Source: Squalus acanthias (Eukaryota). Taken from it: DNA of 64,000 nt. The position numbers and the translations under genes are program-made. The notes below the pieces were generated by a model. That model was not told the DNA's origin, searched no databases, and saw nothing but the letters and a program-made list of their open reading frames with translations. Location of the stretch: NCBI GenBank assembly GCA_030390025.1, contig CM059432.1, forward strand, positions 108,316,001 through 108,380,000, given 5' to 3'. This document shows, in pieces, positions 52,098-63,264 of the stretch. The number at the start of each line of letters is the position of its first letter. Position 1 is the first letter of the stretch.

Positions 52098-52458
52098 TCT
52101 TTTTATTCATTCTCAGGATGTGGGCGTCGCTGGCAAGGAGGCATTTATTTCCCATTCCTAGTTGCCCTTGAGCCTTCTTGAACCGCTGCAGTCCGTGTGG
52201 TGAAGGTACTCCCACAGTGCTGTTAGGGAGGGAGTTCCAGGATTTTGCCCCAGCGATGATGAAGGAACTGCGATATACTTCCAAGTCAGGATGGTGTGGC
52301 ACTTGGAAGGGAACTTGCAGGTGGTGGTGTTCCCATGCACCTGCTGCCCTTGTTCTTCTAGGTGGAAGAGGTCGTGGGTTTGGGAGGTGCTGTTGAAGAA
52401 GCCTTGGTGAGTTGCTGCAGTGCATCTTGTAGATGGTACACACTGCAGCCACGGTGCG
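52098..52458 (-). mobile_element. LINE family B 3' fragment
   Basis: RTVAAVCTIYKMHCSNSPRLL peptide and the family B tail. Confidence 0.88.
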
Positions 52459-52556
52459 TTGGAAAGATGCCACTGTGTTAAACAATTCATAGAAATAATA
52501 TCTAGAAACCATTGTCCTATTGTGAGCAACACACTGTTACAAGGATCATTTATATT

Positions 52557-54382
52557 ACATAGAAGATAGGAGCAGGAGTAGGCCATTCGGCCCCTCGAGC
52601 CTGCTCCGCCATTCAATGCGATCATGGCTGATCATCCAAATTGAGTACCCTGTCCCTGCTTTCTCCCCATATCCATTGATCCCCTTAGCCTGAAGAAATA
52701 TATCTAACTCCTTCTTGAATATATTTAATGAATTGGCCTCAACTGCCTTCTGTGGTAGAGAATTCCACAGGTTCACCACTCTCTGGGTGAAGAAATTCCT
52801 CCTCATCTCAGTTCTAAATGGCTTACCCCTTATCCTTAGACTGTGACCCCTGGTTCTGGACTCCCCCGCCATCGGGAACAGCCTTCCTGCATCTAGTCTG
52901 TCTAGTCCTGTTAGAATTTTATAAGTTTCAATGAGATCCCCTCTCAATCTTCCAAACTCTAGCGAATATAAGCCTAATCGACCCAATCTCTCTTCATACG
53001 TCATTCCTGCCATCCCAGGTATCAAGTCTGGTGAATCTTCGCTGCACTCCCTCCATGGCAAGAACATCCTTCCTCAGATAAGGTGACCAAAACTGCACAC
53101 AATACTCAAGGTGTGGTCTCACCAAGGCCCTGTACAACTGCAGCAAGACATCCTGGCTCCTGTACTCGAATCCTCTCGCTATGAAGGCCAACATACCATT
53201 TGCCTTCTTAACCGCCTGCTGAACCTGCATGCTTACCTTCAGCGACTGGTGCACAAGGACACCCAGGTCTCGTTGCACTTCCCCTTTTCCCAATCTATTG
53301 CCGTTCAGATAATAATCTGCCTTCCTGTTTTTGCCACCAAAGTGGATAACCTCGCATTTATCCACATTATACTGCATCTGCCCAATCACCCAACCTGTCC
53401 AAATCATACTGGAGTTTCTCTGCATCCTCCTCACAGCACACACGCCCACCCAGCTTTGTGTCGTCTGCAAACTTGGAGATATTACATCTAGTTCCCTCGT
53501 CTAGATCATTAATATATAGTGAATAACTGGGGTCCTTGCACCGATCCCTGCGGTACCCCACTAGTCACTGCCTGCCACTCGGAAAAAGACCCGTTTATTC
53601 CAACTCTTTGCTTCCTGTCTGCCAACCAGTTCTCTATCCAAGTCAGTACCTTACCCCCAATCCCATGTGCTTTAACTTTGAACGCTAATCTCTTATGCGG
53701 GACCTTATCGAAAGCCTTCTGAAAGTCCAAATACACCACATCCACTGGTTCTCCCTTATCTATTCTACCAGTTACATCCTCAAAAAATTCCAGTAGATTA
53801 GTCAAGCATGATTTACCTTTTGTAAATCCATGTTGACGTTGTCCGATCCTGTCACTGTTTTCCAAGTGCTCTGCTATTACATCTTTTATAACGGACTCTA
53901 GCATTTTCCCAACTACCGATGTCAGGCTTACCGGTCTATAATTCCCCGTTTTCTCTCTACCACCTTTTTTAAATAGTGGGGTTACATTAGCTACCCTCCA
54001 ATTCATGGGAACTGTTCCAGAGTCTATAGAATTTTGGAAGATGAGCAGCAATGCATCTACTATTTCTAGGGCCACTTCCTTAAGTACCCTCGGATGTAGA
54101 TTATCAGGCCCTGGGGATTTATCGGCCTTCAATCCCGTCAATTTCCCTAACACCATTTCCCTACAAATACTGATTTCATTCAGTTCCTCCCTCTGATTAG
54201 ACCCTATGTTCCCCGACATCTCTGGGAGTTTATTTGTGTCCTTCTTTGTGAAGAAAGAACCAAAGTATGTATTTAATTGGTCTGCCATTTCTTTGTTCCC
54301 CATTATAAATTCCCCTGATTCTGACTGCAAGGGACCTACGCTTGACTTCACCAATCTTTTTCTCTTCACATATCTATAGAAG
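52557..54382 (-). mobile_element. CR1 (family A) young 5'-truncated copy, RT to 3' end
   Basis: ORF 53509..54408 (299 aa RT); highly similar to 31337-33136 in opposite orientation. Confidence 0.94.
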
Positions 54383-55025
54383 TGAGGGAGCTCAGCAACC
54401 ACAAACAACCCAGTTATTAGTAATATCCTAGCCTAGTGATAAATTTGAGCACAAGGCAAACTTTCCATTAGTTGTAGGTTTTCATTTTGAATTGTTTAAC
54501 ACAATGGTATCTTTCAACCAGCACTTACCACATAAACAATGCATCATTATACAATTTGGAAAACACCACTGCTTAAAGGTGGTAGAGGAGTCTGGGTCGT
54601 GCAGATTGGCTAGCTTCTCTACATTAAATAGATGGAGCCAGGATAATAGGCGAGGTCTTTTTTTTTGACATGGCCTTTGTTTCATTTCTTTCCTTCACCA
54701 TTTGTCTTCTTTCCTTTCTCATTCTCTGTTCGTCTGGTTCTCAATAACCAATGTGTCATTCTACGGTTTCATTTTTCTCTATTTGTTTTATTGACTGCTC
54801 CTACCTGGAACATTTTTTTAAAATTTTGTTTTATTTATAGCACGGTGGATGCCTATAATGGTTAAAGAATTGATACGTCTAAGACTGTCTAGTAAACCTG
54901 AGTACTCACTTCCAGCGCTAACAAAAACTCACGCACATTACTACTGCTGTGAATTTTCCACACTCCATGCTTCCTTACACAGGTTCTATACTGCACAGCA
55001 AACCAGAGTCAGCACTTCATTACAC

Positions 55026-55270
55026 CCATGGCTCAGTGGCCGCTCTCTTGCCTTTTAAGTTAGAAGGTTGTAGGTTCAAGCCCCACTCCAATGATTTGAG
55101 CACAAAATCTAGGCTGACACTCCAGAACTGAGGGAGTGCTGCACTGTCAGAGGTGCCATCTTTCGGATGAGACGTTAAACTGAGGCCCCATTTACCCTCT
55201 CAGGTGGACATAAAAAATCCCATGGCACTACTTGAGGTTGTGAAAGGTGATATACAAATGCAAGCTCTTT
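55026..55270 (+). mobile_element. Deu-domain SINE, internally deleted
   Basis: Head tggctcagtgg/ggttcaagcccc; joins cccatggcacta directly to the tail gaggttgtgaaagg. Confidence 0.78.
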
Positions 55271-55565
55271 CCTTCTTTTCATTTCTGGTCGTAGGTTTTC
55301 AAAGACTTCACAGGCCTGGATGAATGGTATGGGTCATTTAAAAATGCAAACCAAATGGCTTTACTGACAGTGCTGTGTAAATAGCACTCAAAGTCATGAT
55401 TAAGCAAAGAAAAGGCATCCTTAAAATTATATACTGATCAGGATGGTTATGGAAATCATTCACTTAAGAAGTATAAACTCTAGAAGGATCTGATACGGAA
55501 GCAAACTTCTCATACTCTTAAATCTCCAACTATAAGTTCTGCCTAAAGCTTTACATAAAGCGTTA

Positions 55566-55785
55566 AACAAAACCAGAAGCTGGAAACACTCAGCAGGTCA
55601 GGCAGCATCTGTGCAGAGAACAGACAAGTTGATGATTCAGGTATGGACCCGTTATCAAAACTGGAAGTTATTACCAATGAAGGGCATTTGAAAAGGAACA
55701 GAACGTAAAAAAATATTAACCTTTCCTTCCCAGAGGCCAAACGTCGGTTAACCTGCTGTTTGTTTCCAGTATTTTCTATTTTTTA
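55566..55785. mobile_element. Degenerate inverted Penelope-like pseudo-LTR pair (family 2)
   Basis: gctggaaacactcagcaggtcaggcagcatctgtg on the left and acctgctg..tttccagtattttctattttta on the right. Confidence 0.6.
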
Positions 55786-56044
55786 TATATATATATATCC
55801 CTGATACACTCATTTTTCCCCCCAACTTGACTGATGTTTAAAAATTAACCCCTGAAATCACTACCAGTGGAAGCTGAGCTTTAGTGTGTCAACAGTTGGA
55901 CTGCTGTGAGTTATGGCAGGGTATCTATCTGACTGACCAAACAGCAATAAGATCACAAGTAATTAAGAATAGTTTGCTGTTTTGAAAAAACAAACAGTCT
56001 GTACTAGTTTGCATACAATTTACTAAAACTGCTCAAGGTCGCAA

Positions 56045-56430
56045 ATCATAGAATCATACGGCACAGAAGGAAGCCATTCAGCCCATCATACCTGTGCCGG
56101 TTCTTCAAAGAGCTCTCCACTCCCCCTCTCTACTTTTCTTTTCAAGTATTTATCTAATTCCCCTTTGAAAGTTACTATTGAATCTGCTTCCAACACCCTC
56201 TCAGGCAGTGCATGCCAGATCATAACAACCCACTGCATAAAAAAAAATTCTCATCTCCCCTCTGTTTCGTTTGCCAGTTATCTTAGATCTGTGCCCTCTG
56301 GTTACCGACCCACCCGCCAGTGGAAACGGTTTTCCCCGATCTACTCTATCAAAACCCTTCATAATTTTGAACACCTCTATTAAATTTCCCCATAACCTTC
56401 TCTGCTCCAAGGAGAACAGTCTCAGCTCCT
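56045..56430 (-). mobile_element. CR1 3' fragment
   Basis: ORF 56201..56410: EQRRLWGNLIEVFKIMKGFDRV. Confidence 0.85.
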
Positions 56431-57629
56431 CCAGTCAATTGCATCAGCTTTTGCAAACTAATCCAAACATGTATTCCCATCGTTAAAAGAACCAAGAGCC
56501 AAGTTTGTTGAAATATTTAGAAAAGTGATAGCTGGAAGCAAGTTGTGAGACTGAAGTTTGAAAGATGTGAACAAATCCTAATTTTGTTCATGTTATAAAC
56601 ACGTGTTTTGTGGCTCATTTAACGTTATCAGCTGAATTGGATATCCATTTGAAGCAATAACTCCTGAACTCCAAATTCATCAGGCTTACCATTAAGGCAG
56701 TAAAAGAATTCAACACCTCCCTCCCAAAACACATGGACCCCACGTCCCCTAGATGCATTAGTATTCCTGCGTAGTTGTTTTGCTTCCACCTACCTTGTCT
56801 GCTGTACAGGGAAAGCCACCAAAAATGATTAAAAATAAGAGAAACACAGCAAAACAATTCTACACCATATATGGTATATACAGGCCGGTTTGCAAGCTGG
56901 CAGAAACACCATGTCAGATCCAATCAATAAGAAGCAAGGTGCAGATGTCAACTAAACGTCAAGATTAGATTAAGCAATGTTGTCAATTCCTGTACCCTTC
57001 ACATAAAATATGGTTTCATTAAACTACTACAGTAAATACCCTCCGCAACTCAGAAAAACTACAGATTTATCCTGTTTTCCAGTCTTTTAAGTTGTGAAAA
57101 AAGTCTTCGTTATCAATTGATCCTGCGTGACACAAGGGCAACAATGAGGCTTCCTCAACTCTCAGCCAATTCTATCAGCTTTTCAACTACAGCAACTTGC
57201 GTCATACTGCACTTTTAATGTAGCCAGTGTCCCAAGGCATTTCACAGAGATAGAAGTGGATGATGGAAAGATTGGGAGAGCCAAAGGACTGGTTGTAGAG
57301 ACATTCATGGGGAGGTTTTTAAAGGTGTGGAGAGGGATTGGGAAGACAGCTGAGAGTACAGAGCCAAAATAGATGAAGGGCCTGTGTCTGAAAGAGGGAG
57401 GGAGCGACCAAAGGAAGCCAGAGTTGGAAGAGTAGAAGCACGTACTTGCTCTGGAGTAGGTCCCTCGTGGAGGGAAGATTTCCAAATGAGGACGACAGAA
57501 TTTTGAACTCTGAAGAAATCATTAGAGGCAAGCATGGACAGGGATGGTAAGTGAGTGGGACAGGATGCAGGCAGTGGAGTTCTGCATGAGTTGATATTTA
57601 TGTAGGGTGAAGGTCAGGAGGCCTGTCAG

Positions 57630-57787
57630 CAATGTTCCCTCTAGGCTGCGCGGCCATGGGAAAAGTCCCGCGCAGGCCACACACCGGCATTTACATTGTA
57701 AATACCGCGCATGCGCTGAAATTTAAAGGGGCCGTGCATTAAAAGAAGCAGGCCACGCAGAACAAAGCACAGCTTACAGGGACATTG
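57630..57787. mobile_element. hAT-like MITE, 158 bp
   Basis: TIR CAATGTTCCCTCTAGGCTG / CAGCTTACAGGGACATTG; 8-bp TSD cctgtcag / cccgtcag (7 of 8 match). Confidence 0.8.
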
Positions 57788-58219
57788 CCCGTCAGTGGAA
57801 AACTTCTGAAGGCTGGGCGCAACAAAGAGGGTTTTTGGCAGTGGAGTGTGTGAGGTAAGGACAGAGGAAGTTAATGCTGCAAGGAAAAAGAATTTGCATT
57901 TATAGAGCGCCTTTCACGACCTCAGAACGTCCCAATGCACTTTACGGCCAATATTACCAGTCAAATTGAGTTTTTCTTACAATATAGTACAGTTTCTTCT
58001 TGTCTGTCTGGCGTGTTACTTAAACCAGTTGAGTCTTTAAGCAGTTTATTCTGCTATGTCCCCCACTCTAATATTCAGGAATCTTCCATGGTTCAGTGCC
58101 AAAGTACTCAATATTTAGCCAAAATAAAAAACTAAAAATATTTGTGCATTTTTCTAATGGCTTCTATAAAGTTTTCATATAGAAAGAACTTACATTTATA
58201 TAGTGCATTTCACGACCTC

Positions 58220-58828
58220 AGCTCATCTAAAACTCTGCTGCCTGTATCCTGTCCCACGTCAAGTCTCCTCTGTCAATTAACCCCATCCTCCCTGACCTAT
58301 ATTGGCTCCCGGTCCCTCATTACAACAGTGACTCCACTTCAAAAGTACTTCATTGGCTGTAAAGTGCTTTGTGACATCCGGTGGTCGTGAAAGGCGTTAT
58401 ATAAATGCAAATCTTTCTTTCTTTCTCTAATGCCTCAAATTTAAAATTCTCATCACGGTTTTAAATCCTTTCATGGTCTCAACCTTCCCTATCTCTAATA
58501 TCCCGAGAACCATCCCCCCTCGCTGCCGAACCCTCCATTCCTGTGACTCTAGCATCTTTTGCATCCCCCCTCCCTTTGTCCAACCACAAACAGCCGTTCA
58601 GCCGTCGAGGTCGGTTGCAATCTCTGATTCTCTCTTCAAGCCCTTCTGTCTCTCCACCTCCCTCATCTCCTTGAAGACCCTTTTTAAAATGCACTCTTTG
58701 ACCAAGCTTTTGGTCACCTTTCCTAATCTCTCCTCCTTTTGCTCAGTGTCTGTTTTTCCTTACACCCCTGTAAAGTGTCTTGGGTATGTTTCTGTTAAAT
58801 GCGCTATATAAATGCAAGTTGCTGTTGG
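58220..58828 (+). mobile_element. L2-like 3' fragment with an embedded SINE tail (58318-58425)
   Basis: Homologous to 25630-26055; tail gcgctatataaatgcaagttgctgttg. Confidence 0.7.
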
Positions 58829-60321
58829 TTCACTCCTTGGCAGACTAAAGGAAGAATTACTAATAATGTGAACTTACTTCCTTCGATAATCTTCTAACTA
58901 AGCAGAATGTGGATCTTAATGAGCTGCAACAGTACATATTTTCTGTTATTTTATCTGCATACTTCGTGCAAAAAGTTAAACACAAAGGTTTTTTTTATTC
59001 GCTCCTGGGATGTGGACGTCGCTGGCAAGGCCAGCATTTATTGCCCATCCCTAATTGCCCTCGAGAAGGTGGTGGTGAGCCGCCTTCTTGAACCGCTGCA
59101 GTCCGTGTGGTGAATGTACTCCCACAGTGCTGTTAGGGAGGGAGTTCCAGGATTTTGACCCAGCGACGATGAAAGAAGGGCGATATATTTTCAAGTCAGG
59201 ATGGTGTGTGAATGGGAGGGTAACTTGGAGGTGATGGTGTTCCCTTGCGCCTGCTGCCCTTGTCCTTCTAGGTGGTAGAGGTCGCGGGTTTGGGAGGTGC
59301 TGTCGAAGAAGCCTTGGCAAGTTGCTGCAGTGCATCTTGTAGAGGGTACACACTGCAGCCATAGTACGCCGGTGGTGGAGGGAGTGAATGTTTAAGATGG
59401 TGGATGGGGTGCCAATCAAGTGGGCTGCTTTGTCCTGGATGGTGCCGAGCTTCTTGAGTGTAGTTGAAGCTGCACTCATCCAGGCAAGTGGAGAGTATTC
59501 CATCACACTCTTGACTTGTCCCTTGTAGATGGTGGAAAGGCTTTGGGGAGTCAGGAGGTGAGACACTCGCTGCAGAATACCCAGCCTCTGACCTTCTCTT
59601 GTAGCCACAATATTTATGTGGATGATCCAGTTTCTGCTCAATGGTGACCCCCAGGATGTTGTTGGTGGAGGATTTGGCGATGGCAATGTCATTGAATGTC
59701 AAGGGCTGGTGGTTGGACTCTCTCTTGTAGGAGATAGTAATTTCCTGGCACTTGCATGGCACGAATGTTACTTGCCACTTATCAGCCCAAACCTGAATGT
59801 TGTCCAGATCTTGTTGCATGCGGGCATGGACTGCTTCATTATCTGAGGAGTTGCGAATGGAACTGAACACTGTGCAATCATCAGCGAACATCCCCACTTC
59901 TGACCGTATGATGGAAGGAAGGTCATTGAAGCAGCTGAAGATGGTTGGGCCTAGGACACTGCCCTGAGGAACTCCTGCAGCGATGTCATGGGGCTGTGAT
60001 GATTGGCCTCCAACAACCACAACCATCTTCCTTTGTGTTAGGTACGACTCCAGCCAGTGGAGAGTTTTCCCCTTGATTCCCATTGACTTCGATTTTACAA
60101 GGGCTCCTTGATGCCACACTCGGTCAAGGGTAGTCACTCTCACCACTCCTTTGGAATTTAGCTCTTTTGTTCATGTTTGGACCAAGGCTGTAATGAGGAC
60201 TGGAGCTGTGTGTTCCTGGCGGAACCCTAACTGAGCATTAGTGAGCAGGTTATTGGTGAGTGGTGCTTGATAGCACTGTCGATGACACCTTCCATCACTT
60301 TGCTGATGATTGAGAGTAGAC

Positions 60322-60547
60322 AAAAGCAAAATACTGCGGATGCTGGAAATCTGAAATAAAAACAGAAAATGCTGGAAATACTCAGCAGGTCAGGCAGCAT
60401 CTGTGGAGAGAGAAACAGAGTTAACGTTTCAGGTCGATGACCTTTCATCAATTCTGATGAAAGGTCAGCGACCTGATACGTTAACTCTGTTTCTCTCTCC
60501 ACCGATGCTGCCTGACCTGCTGAGTATTTCCAGCATTTTCTGTTTTT
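60322..60547 (-). mobile_element. Non-coding fold-back Penelope-like mini-element (family 2), 226 bp
   Basis: ~95-bp inverted arms around loop attc (60451-60454); 13-bp TSD attgagagtagac at 60309-60321 and 60548-60560; arms match the pseudo-LTR at 8164-8292. Confidence 0.87.
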
Positions 60548-62489
60548 ATTGAGAGTAGACTGATGGGGCGGTAATTGGCCAGAATGGATTTGTCCTGCTT
60601 TTTGCGGACAGGACATATCTGGGCAGTTTTCCACATTGTCGGATAGATGCCAGTGTTGTAGCTGTACTGGAACAGCTTGGCTAAAGGCGTGGCTAGTTCT
60701 GGAGCACAAGTCTTCAGCACGACAGCCGGGATGTTGTCAGGGCCCAGCCTTTTCTGTATCCAGTGCGCTCAGCCGTTTCTTGATATCACATGGAGTGAAT
60801 CAAATTGGCTAAAGACTGGCTTCTGTGATGGTGGGGACCTCAGGAGGAGACCGAGATGGATCATCTACTCGGCACTTCTGGCTGAAGGTGGTTGCAAACG
60901 TTTCAGCCTTGTCTTTTGCCCTAGCGTGCTGGGCTCCTCTATCATTGAGGATGGGGATGTTCATGGAGCCTCCTCCGCCCGTTAGTTGTTTAATTGTTCA
61001 CCACCATTCACGACTGGATGTGGCAGGACTGGTTGGTTGAGGAATCGCTAAGCTCTGTCTATAGCATGCTGCTTCTGCTGTTTAGCATGCATGTAGTCCC
61101 GTGTTGCAGCTTGCCCAGTTTGGCACCTCATTCTTATGTACACCTGGTGCTGCTCCTGGCATGCTCTTCTGCACTCCTCATTGAACCAGGACTCGGCCAG
61201 CTCGGTCAGTAGCAATGCTACCGAGCCACTCTTGGTGATGGACATTGAAGTCCCCCATCCAGAGTAAATTCTGTGCCCTTTCTACCCTCAGTGCCTCTTC
61301 CAAGTGGTGTTCAACATGGAGGAGTACTGATTCATCAGCTGAGGGAGGGCGTGTAAAGGAATAGCCATATTTCAGAAAAATACACCATCCTATGAAAGAA
61401 TTTTGATTATTAAAACATGACAAACTGGGTTTAAAAATCTGGAAGCCTTAACAAGCTAAAGCTGTGAATACAGGCTTCTGAGATATGATGAGTTGTTAAC
61501 ACAAAGCTGTAAACACCATACAGGCTTTGTTGACACTGAAACAAAAGCCTCATTGAAGCAACAGATTGGAGCTTCCAGAAAGTCTGAGCTTTCGGAAGAA
61601 CACAATGGAATCCCCAGTTTAAGGTGTCATAAAACTAACACTTCGAACAGAAACACAGAACATTAAAGAATAATATGCCTTCACAAATATGACATCAAAT
61701 GAAAGACAGGAGACATAAGTCTGTAATACAACTAACTGAGGTAAATAAGAATTGCACAGATCACCCTAGTTGAAGTGTTTTTAATTCACATGTTGTAAAA
61801 GATACAAACAAAAGCCTTTGTAAATATGACATCAATAGATGCACCAAGCAATCACATTGTGTGTGTATTGAACTTGGAACAGCTAGGAGACACGAAGTCT
61901 GGCTTATAACCAGCTGAGGTGATTTAAGAAGACCTTCGTAAGAATGGCATCAAATAGATACATCAGTTATAACCGTTTTTTATGATAAGTTTCGAACACC
62001 TACACAGCAGACACAAGTCTGCAAGCTAACAGCTGAACTGACAGTAAGAATAGAAAGAAGTCAACAGAAATATGACTAGAGATAATTAGCTGACATCAGC
62101 AGAAAACTTCAAAGGATATACCACTGAGAAAGAGTATAAAAGATAGGATTTTCAAATGGGAAAACAGAAGTCGCTGGAAGGGGCAAGCGATTCTGAACTT
62201 CAGAGGCAAGCTCTATAAGTTTTCAACTCTGAGTCTCGGGGATCAAAAAGGTACTTTTATTTGATTTTGGTGGATATTCTAGATTAGAAATAAGTACGAA
62301 ATGTAAAAATGCAACGAAGTTAAGATTTGAGAATAAGGATCTCTGAGGAGAATTGTAAGCTATTTGTATTTTGAACTGTTAAAGTTGCGATTGACTCACC
62401 AACTGTTAACTACATGTCAGTTCTTTAATAAATCTATATATTTTTAGAATTGTCTCACATAGTACTTCTGTACCAAACTCGTGAACTCA

Positions 62490-62780
62490 GGGCTGGATTT
62501 TGTCTTGGGGTTGGGTCATCCGCATTTCGTGTTCCCCCGCACCCCCCCGACTCCAGATTAATGTGGATGATGCAATTTTCACTTAATTGGGCAATTGAGT
62601 TCCAGCATGTGGGAACCCATGAACTAATTAGTGGTTTCAGTCTGAAAGTCGCCTCTGATGATGTCATCATTGCAGGTCAGAGACTGACTGCCTGGTCTCA
62701 GAGACTGACTGGATGTTGGTGAGAGAGGACCTGCCTGGCTTTCGCTGTGAGTGGACCTGGATGTATATATGAGAGAGAGA

Positions 62781-62814
<34 letters not shown>

Positions 62815-63264
62815 ATTTTTTTGCATCCAAGTCCTCTCACAGCAAAGGCCAGGCAGTCTCTGAACACATTCAATGCAGCAGCATCAGAGGCGACTTTCAG
62901 ACCTAATACTACTACTACCTTCATCACATCTCCGTTGTAATAGTGGACCTGCAGCTCATAGTCAGCTATCCACTTGTGCTCCCGCCAGGTTTCACTGGAG
63001 TGTTTCACACCAGGCGTACTTCACGTCAGAAAAGGGTTAAACTAGCTAAAACGTTTCAAAATGGCATTACAGAGCCAATTTAGGGCTTGTTAAGGGCTTT
63101 AATGGCCTCTCCCGCCTCTTGGAGGCGGGACGGAGTCGGGAACCCCGCGACTGATTTTGTCAAAATTGCGTGGAGGCGGGATGGGGTCGGGACCCCCGAC
63201 CCCGCAAATTTAACCCCCCACACGCCTCCAAACCCGACTCCATGGGTCATTCAAAATCCAGCCC
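62490..63264. mobile_element. PIF/Harbinger-like MITE, 775 bp (copy 3, divergent interior, reversed orientation)
   Basis: 13-bp TIR GGGCTGGATTTTG/CAAAATCCAGCCC, 3-bp TSD TCA at 62487-62489 and 63265-63267. Confidence 0.88.
62771..62813. repeat. (GA)n microsatellite, imperfect
   Basis: Read directly from the sequence. Confidence 0.95.

Noticed and set aside
53509..54408. Reverse transcriptase ORFs as a retron, group II intron or domesticated gene
   Set aside because: The motifs, APE domain, 3' tails, multiple copies and frameshifts identify ordinary decayed non-LTR retrotransposons.
58878..58942. Possible preceding VPS41 exon (strong gtaagt donor on the minus strand)
   Set aside because: Two frames contain stops, and none resembles the expected ..VHP.F..S..KQFVTGGKK peptide.
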